Source: Candidatus Dormiibacterota bacterium (lineage in GTDB: Bacteria; Chloroflexota; Dormibacteria; Dormibacterales; Dormibacteraceae). From it: a stretch of 64,000 nucleotides of DNA. Of the stretch, positions 36,148 to 43,551 are shown piece by piece (the first letter of the stretch is position 1; each line of letters starts with the position of its first letter). The notes under the pieces are model-generated. The model was not told where the DNA came from. It saw nothing but the letters and a program-made list of their open reading frames with translations, and did not search any database. Made by a program: the position numbers and the translations under genes. Where the stretch lies: contig CAWEGH010000008.1 of the NCBI GenBank assembly GCA_963808785.1, forward strand, positions 2,668 to 66,667, given 5' to 3'.

Positions 36148-36978
36148 ATGTGTGCAGTGCCGACGCTGCCCCCGGAACTGCGCCAGGTCCCCCCTGAGTC
36201 GTTCATCGCCACGCGGGACGCCCTCAGGCGTCGGCTGCGCCAGTCGGGTGAGCGCGAGGCGGCGGCCGAGGTCGGCCGCCTGCGCCGTCCCTCGCCACCT
36301 CTGTGGGCGCTCAACCAGCTCGCCGTCGTCGCCCCCGACCGCGTGGCCGCGGTGGTCCGGGCCGGCGAGGCGCTGCGTGCCACCACCGAGGCGGCGCTGC
36401 AGGGTGAGCAGGCGGCCCTCGGACGCCTGAGCGGCGAGCACGCGCGCCTGGTCGAAGAGTTGACGGGACGGGCGCTGGAGGTGCTCGCCAACCTGCCCTC
36501 GTCTCCTACCAGCGAGACACGCTCCCGCATCTGGACCATGCTCCGGGTCGCGTCATTGGATCCCGACCTGACGTCCGCGCTCGCCTCCGGGGCGCTGGCC
36601 GAGGAGCCGGTAAGCAGCGGTTTCGACGGGCTGCTCGGGTTCGAACTCGCCGCCCAACCGCGCGGCGCCAGGACGAGCCCGGCCTCAACCGCCGGCCCGA
36701 AGCCGGCCGCCGAGGCAGCGGGGGTTGAAGCACCCAGCCGCCGGGACCGAGACGCGGAGCTGCGTCTCGCAGAGGCCGAGGTCACCCACGCGCAGGCCGA
36801 CGCCGCCCGGCGCCGGGAGCGGCGGGAGCACGCTCGCGAACGCGTGAGCCGGCTCCGTACGCAGCTCGAAGACGCCGAACGCGCGGCCGACGAGGCGGAT
36901 CATGAGCTCACGGCCGCCGAGGAGGCGGCCGACACGGCCAAGGCGGCGGTTGACCGGCTGCGGAGGGCAGGGGCCTAA
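36148..36978 (+). CDS. hypothetical protein (Ala/Arg/Glu-rich helical C-terminus)
   Basis: 276-aa ORF with coherent composition. No family recognised. Confidence 0.45.
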   Translation: MCAVPTLPPELRQVPPESFIATRDALRRRLRQSGEREAAAEVGRLRRPSPPLWALNQLAVVAPDRVAAVVRAGEALRATTEAALQGEQAALGRLSGEHARLVEELTGRALEVLANLPSSPTSETRSRIWTMLRVASLDPDLTSALASGALAEEPVSSGFDGLLGFELAAQPRGARTSPASTAGPKPAAEAAGVEAPSRRDRDAELRLAEAEVTHAQADAARRRERREHARERVSRLRTQLEDAERAADEADHELTAAEEAADTAKAAVDRLRRAGA

Positions 36979-38861
36979 TCGGCGGCGACCGCGATCCCCG
37001 GCTGCTTCATCTCCTCAATCAGGAGGATGACGCCGCGATCCTGGCGATCGATCGGGAGTCCGGTGGTGAGGATCCGGACCTGGATCTGACGGCCCCGACG
37101 GTTGGTGGCCGTGACCATCACCCGCTCCACCCGATCCGGCTCGCTCAACGAACGCGCGATGGCGGGCTCGACCTGGTCGAGCGGCACTCCGAACTCCAGG
37201 CTTCGAAGCGGGCGGTCGTACACCTCGGTGGCGTCCAGACCCCAGAGCTCGTGCGAGCGGCCGTGCCACATCTTCACCCGCAGCCGGCTGTCAACAACCA
37301 CAACGCCGAGCTGGACGCTGCGCAAGATCGATTCAGTGAACTCGTTGACCCGCTCCACCTCGTCGGTGCGTTCCTGGAGCTCCGAGTTGACCGCCTGCAG
37401 CTCGGTGTTGGTCGACTCCAGCTCCTCGTTCATCGTCTCCAGCTCTTCGTTGCTGGACTGCAGCTCCTCGTTGGTGGTCTCCAACTCTTCGACCGTGGAC
37501 TGCAGCTCCTCGTTGGTGGTCTCCAGCTCCTCGTTCGTCGACTGCAGTTCCTCGTAAGCCGTTTCCAGTTCTTGCCGGGAGTGCCGGAGGTCCTCCTGCA
37601 GCCGGTTGGCGCTCGTCGTGTCCGTGAAGGTGATGCAGCACCCGAGGATCTGATCGCCGGTGTCGATGAGAGGTCGGATTTCGACGTCGAAGCTTTGCAT
37701 CTCCCCCGATTCGGTCTGGCGGACCAGACCCGTCCGTTCGACCGAACGCCGCTCGGCGTAGCACTCCTCGATCAGTGAGCGCAGCTCGACCGGGCGGTAG
37801 GAAACCTCCAGATCTCGGAGTGGCTGGCCCAGGTCCCCGCTGCCGACGCCCAGCCAGCGGCGGGCGCGGTCGTTCGCGATCACGAGCGATCCATGGGGGT
37901 CAGCCACCAACTGCGCGACCGGAAGACTGTCGTGAGCGAGTTCCAGCATCCGGATCTGGCGCTCGGCGTGGCGGCTCGCGTCCCCGTTTCCCGCCTCGGT
38001 GACGAGCATCACCCGGTCGGGGACGCTCACTCGGGGCACCTTCGCAAAGACTCGGTGGCGCAGGTCCAGGGGGCGGAAGAGGTTGGCGTGGGTCAGCAGC
38101 ATCTCGGCCTTGCCCAAGAACAGGCTCCCGGTCTCGTTGAGGGCATAGTGGAGCCGGGCCAGGATCCGCGCCTGCGCTTCGGCCGTGAAGTACATGAGCG
38201 TGTTGCGGCAGACGAGCAGGTCGAGACGTGAGATAGGCGCGTCCTGGATCAGGTCGTGGCGCCCGAAAATGAGGCAGCGTCGAAACTCGGCCCGGAAGAC
38301 GCGTCGATGACCCGCCTGGTCGAAATACTTCTTCAGGAATTCGGGCTCGACGCCGGCCAGGTCACGGTCCGCATACCCGCCGGTCCTGGCTTCGGTGAGC
38401 GCGTCTTCGTCCACATCGGTGGCGTAGATCTTGACCCGCCGGCGGAATTCCTCCACCCCCAGCGCCTCGGCCAGCAGCATGGCCAGTGAGTACGCCTCCT
38501 CTCCGGACGCGGTGCCGGCGCACCAGCACCGGATGACGCCGTCCGTGCCCTCCGCGCCGTTCTTCTGCTCCAGCAGGCGCGGGACCACGTTCCGGCCCAG
38601 AAAGTCCCACGCTTCGGGGTCGCGGAAGAACCCGGTGACGTTGATGAGGATCGTGTTGAAGAGGTGGGCGAACTCGTCGGGATGCACCTGGAGGTGGTCG
38701 AGGTACTGCCCGTACGAGTCGATCCCGAGCTCATGCATCCGCTTTTGGGTGCGACGCATCAGCGTCGACCGTTTGTAGGCCGTGAAGTCGAAACCTCGCG
38801 TCTGCTGGAGGAAGGCCAGGAGGGCCTCGAAGTCGCTGTCCTCCCCAGCGCCGGCGGTCAT
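36975..38861 (-). CDS. CheR-type protein-glutamate methyltransferase fused to PAS - long coiled coil - PAS
   Basis: Uses ATG 38861. FDFTAYKRSTLMRRTQKRM, VTGFFRDPEAW, CAGTASGEEAYSLAMLL. Coiled coil ELQSTNEELETTNEELQSTVEELETTNEELQSSNEELETMNEELESTNTELQ. Confidence 0.9.
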   Translation of the reverse strand: MTAGAGEDSDFEALLAFLQQTRGFDFTAYKRSTLMRRTQKRMHELGIDSYGQYLDHLQVHPDEFAHLFNTILINVTGFFRDPEAWDFLGRNVVPRLLEQKNGAEGTDGVIRCWCAGTASGEEAYSLAMLLAEALGVEEFRRRVKIYATDVDEDALTEARTGGYADRDLAGVEPEFLKKYFDQAGHRRVFRAEFRRCLIFGRHDLIQDAPISRLDLLVCRNTLMYFTAEAQARILARLHYALNETGSLFLGKAEMLLTHANLFRPLDLRHRVFAKVPRVSVPDRVMLVTEAGNGDASRHAERQIRMLELAHDSLPVAQLVADPHGSLVIANDRARRWLGVGSGDLGQPLRDLEVSYRPVELRSLIEECYAERRSVERTGLVRQTESGEMQSFDVEIRPLIDTGDQILGCCITFTDTTSANRLQEDLRHSRQELETAYEELQSTNEELETTNEELQSTVEELETTNEELQSSNEELETMNEELESTNTELQAVNSELQERTDEVERVNEFTESILRSVQLGVVVVDSRLRVKMWHGRSHELWGLDATEVYDRPLRSLEFGVPLDQVEPAIARSLSEPDRVERVMVTATNRRGRQIQVRILTTGLPIDRQDRGVILLIEEMKQPGIAVAAD

Positions 38862-39166
38862 GTGTTCACCATCCTGAGAAGAAGCAGGGCGATTTGCGCG
38901 GGTCCCAGCACCAGGTCGACCGCACCGGATTTGATCGCGGCCCTTGGCATGCCCACGATCCGCGCCGAAATGTCGGTCTGCGCCACCACCAGCCCACCTG
39001 CCGCCTTCACCTGCCGCGCCCCGACGGCGCCATCCTCCCCGGCGCCGCTGAGCAAGATAGCCACCGCGCGCCGGCCCACCACCGACGCCGGGCTCGAGAA
39101 TAGGCGGTCGGCCGAGGGCTGCACAAAATGCTCCGGAGGTCCCACCGGTACCGCGACCCGGTCCAC
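38858..39166 (-). CDS. CheB methylesterase domain, C-terminal half only, translationally coupled to the CheR gene
   Basis: PSADRLFSSPASVVGRRAVAILLSGAGEDGAVGARQVKAAGGLVVAQ...GMPRAAIKSGAVD. The stop TGA overlaps ATG 38861 (ATGA). The N-terminal GxSxGG and QH segments are absent upstream. Confidence 0.6.
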   Translation of the reverse strand: MDRVAVPVGPPEHFVQPSADRLFSSPASVVGRRAVAILLSGAGEDGAVGARQVKAAGGLVVAQTDISARIVGMPRAAIKSGAVDLVLGPAQIALLLLRMVNT

Positions 39167-39211
39167 GCGCGTTCTTCTGCTGGCACGATACGACTCGGCC
39201 GCGTCCCTGGC

Positions 39212-39523
39212 TTAGTCCCCGCCCGATCCCGTGATCACGCGTGCCCTGTAGATGTCCTTTCGCACCCGCCGGCTGTGGCTGCGCGCGTCCGCCGCCGCAG
39301 CCGAGACCGCTCGTGCCCAAGCTCTCACCGCCGCCACCCGCTCGACGCTGGGGCTGGAGTGGGCTGCCAGCCGCGCCTCGGTCACCCTCAGCTGGTGCTC
39401 GAGCAGCGTCACTTCTGTGCGGCTTACCGGGTCGAGCAGCCGGCCCGCCCCCTGAAGCTCCTTCGCCTCCCGGACGATCCGCTTCAAAACCACCAGGAAG
39501 TCGTCGTTGGTGACCTGGCTCAT
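39212..39523 (-). CDS. hypothetical protein
   Basis: Uses ATG 39523 (MSQVTNDDFLVVLKRIVREAKELQGAG...). No family recognised. Confidence 0.3.
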   Translation of the reverse strand: MSQVTNDDFLVVLKRIVREAKELQGAGRLLDPVSRTEVTLLEHQLRVTEARLAAHSSPSVERVAAVRAWARAVSAAAADARSHSRRVRKDIYRARVITGSGGD

Positions 39524-39789
39524 TCGTGCAGCTCCCGTCGAGCGCCGTCCGCACGGGGAGGCCGCAACGTGGCGGCCTGCGCTACGCGAGCAAGCCCCGG
39601 CTCCCAGGGCTCCTTTTGATGCTTCGTCAACTTCCGTCAATGCCTCCGCCAGCCACTCGGATCATTCACCTGGCTCCGATCTTGGCCGGTGATGGGTCCG
39701 CCATCCGCCTACTACTGATTATTACCGATTTCGTTAGCCTTCTCATGGGAATCTCATTCGATCGCAACCGACCCTCGGAACTCCGTGAC

Positions 39790-40149
39790 ATGGTGGTGAT
39801 CGGGGGTTCGGCAGGCCATCGAGGCGCTCGGGAAGATATTTGCCCGGTTGCGCATGCCCGACACGGGGACCCGATCCGGCCCGGGCGCGTGCTCGGTCGC
39901 TGCCTCCGGACTGGCATCTGTTGCTGCGGGGGGATCACGTCGAACTCAGTCACGGTCCGACCCAGAACCAGACGCTGCCACGGCTCCGGGCAGTACATCT
40001 GTCGCGACGCGCCGCACGCGGGCCGGCAGTCGGTGGCGCTCCGGTTCCTGGCCCGTGAACGGACGGCCCTGGGGCATGCGAAAGTCCTCGAGGACCTGCT
40101 CGCCCAGCCCTGGAACGAAGAGGACAACGAGGAGGCCGAGGAGGCCTGA
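39790..40149 (+). pseudogene. cheB-like methylesterase remnant, readable only across three frames
   Basis: MVVIGGSAG..., GDPIRPGRV, then in another frame PPDWHLLLRGDHVELSHGPTQNQTLP, then further degenerate sequence. An internal deletion removes the QH region. Confidence 0.5.
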
Positions 40150-40243
40150 GGTCCCCGAGTGCGGATGCTCGGGGTTGTTCAGCGCCCTGAAAGGCGCCCG
40201 ATTGCCGGCCCGGCACTGGGGCTCTTCTAGGCTTGGCGGACGT

Positions 40244-41104
40244 ATGCACGTCGAGACGCCGAGCCGGTTGCGATCGGCCAGCCGGAGCGGCCAACGGCCT
40301 CATCCCAGGTCGGGCCTCGTGGGCCAGTCGGCCCGGTTCGTGGGAGCGCTGATCGTGACCGGCCTCGCGGTGGCCCCGATTGCAATCGTCGTCTACGCTT
40401 CCTTCGTACCCCTCTTCGGAACCACCTCCCGCGGGCCGACGCTCGAGAGCTTCGCGCTGCTCCTGTTCCGGACGCCGGTTCTCCTCTGGCTGCGGAACAG
40501 CGTGCTGGTGTCGCTGGTGGCGGTGACCGGGACGATGGCGGTCGCCGCCCCGGGCGGGTACGTCCTCTCCCGTGGACGGGGGGCACTCGTATCCGGGTTC
40601 TCGCTGGCGCTCTTCATCCTGCAGTCGTTCCCGGTGGTGGTGGCGGTGGTCCCCCTCTTTTTCCTCTTCGCCAGGTTCGGGCTGGTCGACAACCTGGCCG
40701 GTGTGACGGCCATCTACGCCGGCCTCACCACGGCGGCGGCGACCTGGATGATGAGCGCCTCCTACGACTCGATCCCGATCGAGCTCGAGGAGGCGGCGTG
40801 GGTGGACGGCGTGAGCATCTTCGGCGGCTTTCTGCGGGTCGTCCTCCGCAACTCGCTCCCAGGCCTCCTTTCCGCCGCGGTGTTCGCCTTCCTGACCGCG
40901 TGGAACGACTATCTGGTCGTCCTCGTCTTCATCCGCTCGGCAACCAACTACACCCTCCCCCTGGGCCTGCAGCTGTTCCATCCTCCGGGGGGCCCGGGGT
41001 CGGCCTATGCCGTGATCATGATGCTGCCGCCGGTGATGATCTTTGTCGTCTTCAACCGCTACTTCTCGTTCGGCGGCATCGGAGGCTCACTCGCCGGCCG
41101 GTAA
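40244..41104 (+). CDS. carbohydrate-type ABC transporter permease (MalG-like, BPD_transp_1)
   Basis: Uses ATG 40244. SIPIELEEAAWVDGVSIFGGFLRVVLRNSLPGL (EAA loop). Confidence 0.85.
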   Translation: MHVETPSRLRSASRSGQRPHPRSGLVGQSARFVGALIVTGLAVAPIAIVVYASFVPLFGTTSRGPTLESFALLLFRTPVLLWLRNSVLVSLVAVTGTMAVAAPGGYVLSRGRGALVSGFSLALFILQSFPVVVAVVPLFFLFARFGLVDNLAGVTAIYAGLTTAAATWMMSASYDSIPIELEEAAWVDGVSIFGGFLRVVLRNSLPGLLSAAVFAFLTAWNDYLVVLVFIRSATNYTLPLGLQLFHPPGGPGSAYAVIMMLPPVMIFVVFNRYFSFGGIGGSLAGR

Positions 41105-41185
41105 GCAGACTCAGTCCTCCCACATTGCTGGCGAAATGACCTTATTCCGTCCGTGATGAGGGTGTCTTGCGAGCAATGTGCGCTC

Positions 41186-41455
41186 TCAACCGTCCGCGAG
41201 GAGGTCGGCGATCGTCGCCACGCCCCGTCTGATGGCGCTGATGCTCAGGTTGCCGAATCCCAGGACCAGCCGCGGGGGGTGAACCGAACCGTCCGCCCGG
41301 TACCGGCTCATCCCGTGGAGACGGACCAGCCCTCCCGGGCGCCCGACACGATCGCCTGCTCCTCGCGACCCTCGGGAAGGTGGATGACCCCGTGGAACCC
41401 GGCAGCCAGTCCGGTCAGCTCGAGACCGGGCGCCGCGGTGGTCAGTACCAGCGCG
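41186..41455 (-). pseudogene. PLP-dependent aminotransferase / MocR-type C-terminal fragment
   Basis: The minus strand reads LTGLAAGFHGVIHLPEGREEQAIVSGAREGWSVSTGMSRYRADGSVHPPRLVLGFGNLSISAIRRGVATIADLLADG*. There is no upstream body, and the fragment starts directly after the stop of the neighbouring permease gene. Confidence 0.5.
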
Positions 41456-42454
41456 TCAGCGCTGGTACCTGATCCTCGGATCCAGGAGGGGGAGGGCCAT
41501 GTCGACCAGGAAGACCGCGGACAGCACGATGAAGATGAGCACGTCGGTGATGGCCATCAGCGTGTTGAAATCGCGCTGGGCCAGCGCCGCCCCCAGCAGG
41601 TGCCCGACGCCTGGATAGATGAAGAACTGCTCCAGGATGATGTTGCCGCTGAAGATGAGGCCCAGATTCACCATCAGCGCGGTGATCAGCGGCAGATAAC
41701 AGTTGGGCATTCCGTACCGCCGAAGGACGCGCCACGGGCGCAGGCCCTTAGCGGTGGCGAACGTCAGATAGTCCTCGCCCAGCACGGTGATCATCTGCTG
41801 GCGCATGCCCAGGAAGTTGGCGAAGGTGGCCACGATCACCAGCGAGAAGGCCGGAATCAGCGCGTGATACAGCACGCTGAGAACGAATGGCACCGTCAGG
41901 CTCACCTCCATCCACGGCGCGTAGGCGTAGGTCGCCGGCAGCAGGGGGATGTCGAACGCGAACACCAGCACCAGAATGATCGCCACGAAGAAGAACGGGA
42001 TATTGGAGAGGGCGAGGGCGCAGTACGTCATCCCCTTCGAGATCGAAGAGTCCCTCCTCCAGCCCGCGAGCGCTCCCAGCAGGACGCCCAGAAACCACGC
42101 GATGACGGCCGACACCCCGAGTAGCCCCACCGTCCAGGGAACCGCGCGCGCCACCAGCACCAGGGCCGGCGTGGGATAAGCCAGAAGCGAGGGACCGAGG
42201 TTGTGCTTGACAACGAGTTGGTACATGTACACCGCGTATTGCTGGAGCAGGTTGCCGTTCAAGTCGAACGCTGCCTCGTAATGCCTGACAACGGCCTTCC
42301 CCGCAGGGGTGTATTGGGGGAGACTCTCCAGGTAGCTGCTGAGCGGGTTGCCCGGTATCAGCCGGAAAAAGAAGAACGTAGCGGTGAAGGCCGCCCACAG
42401 GGTGACGAGGTACTGGATGAAGCGCCGTACCAGGTAGCTGAAGGTGGAGTGCAC
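41456..42454 (-). CDS. peptide/nickel-type ABC transporter permease (DppB/OppB-like)
   Basis: Uses GTG 42454. YLVRRFIQYLVTLWAAFTATFFFFRLIPGNP plus a BPD_transp_1 body. Confidence 0.85.
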   Translation of the reverse strand: MHSTFSYLVRRFIQYLVTLWAAFTATFFFFRLIPGNPLSSYLESLPQYTPAGKAVVRHYEAAFDLNGNLLQQYAVYMYQLVVKHNLGPSLLAYPTPALVLVARAVPWTVGLLGVSAVIAWFLGVLLGALAGWRRDSSISKGMTYCALALSNIPFFFVAIILVLVFAFDIPLLPATYAYAPWMEVSLTVPFVLSVLYHALIPAFSLVIVATFANFLGMRQQMITVLGEDYLTFATAKGLRPWRVLRRYGMPNCYLPLITALMVNLGLIFSGNIILEQFFIYPGVGHLLGAALAQRDFNTLMAITDVLIFIVLSAVFLVDMALPLLDPRIRYQR

Positions 42455-42495
42455 GACGAACCAGCGGTGGAGCCGGCCACCATCAGTCACCTCAG

Positions 42496-43383
42496 TCACC
42501 GGCCCACCATTCTCTGCAACCTGGGATTGAACCGCTCCTCGAGGCCGAGGGCGATGAGGCCGAGAGAGAAGAAGAGCAGGACGATGGTCGCCATCGGCAC
42601 GAAGACCACCTGCCAATCGCCCAGCGTCAACGCACCGCCCTGGATCCCGCGGTACAGGAGCGACCCCAGGTCGGTCGTGCCAACCGGGCCGAGACCGAAG
42701 ACGTCAAGCCCGATGACCGCCAGCAGCGCGATCATGATCGCCTGGGCGCAACCCATGGCGATGAACGGCAGCATATTGGGGAGCAGCTCGGTGAAGATGA
42801 TCTCGGTCGTGCCCTCCTTGGAGACGCGGGCCAGGTCGACGAAGGTCCGGGTGCGAAGGCTCAGGACGTGCGAGCGGATGGGGCGGGCGACGATGGCCCA
42901 GCCGAAGACGGCCAGGACCACCGCGATCGTGTTGACCGTGTTACCGCTCCCGTAGGCGGCGAAGACAGCCAGGAGCGGAAAGGCCGGGATGACCAGAAAC
43001 AGGTCGGTAGTCGTGGACAGGACCGAGTCCAACACCCCGCCGCGGTAGCTGGCGTAGAAGGCGGCGGCGACGCCGATCACCGTCGCCAGCAGCCCCGCCT
43101 CGAGACCGATGCGGAGGGAGTTCCAGAGTCCCAAGACCAGCTCCGCCAGCTCCACCCGGCCGGGACCCAGGAAGGCGATCCAGGCTGGGGGCCGCGACGG
43201 GGTCCGCGAGGAGGTCCGGAGCGCGAATGCGCTGTGGCCCAGGTTGCCGAGCCCGATCAAGGTGAGGATCGGGCCGTGCAGCGCGGCGATCAGCAGCAAA
43301 AGCGTCAGAATCCCGAAGCCGACACAGGCCTTCGGCGCCCCGCGGAAAACGGCCAGCAGCGCGTGAACCTGCCGCACCTCCAC
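42496..43383 (-). CDS. peptide/nickel-type ABC transporter permease (DppC/OppC-like)
   Basis: LWNSLRIGLEAGLLATVIGVAAAFYASYRGG.LDSVLSTTTDLFLVIP pattern. Confidence 0.85.
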   Translation of the reverse strand: MEVRQVHALLAVFRGAPKACVGFGILTLLLLIAALHGPILTLIGLGNLGHSAFALRTSSRTPSRPPAWIAFLGPGRVELAELVLGLWNSLRIGLEAGLLATVIGVAAAFYASYRGGVLDSVLSTTTDLFLVIPAFPLLAVFAAYGSGNTVNTIAVVLAVFGWAIVARPIRSHVLSLRTRTFVDLARVSKEGTTEIIFTELLPNMLPFIAMGCAQAIMIALLAVIGLDVFGLGPVGTTDLGSLLYRGIQGGALTLGDWQVVFVPMATIVLLFFSLGLIALGLEERFNPRLQRMVGR

Positions 43384-43551
43384 TCAGCCGCCTGGTCTTT
43401 GCTGCGCCATCTCCATCACCCGGTCTTGAAGATGGTACTCAGGCACTGCAGCACGCCTCGCAAGCTCTGACCGGTCGGGCTCGCGGTCGCGCCCGGCTGC
43501 CGGCAAGACCGCCGATGACCTCCCGCTCAACGCACGAATCCATACTGGTGG

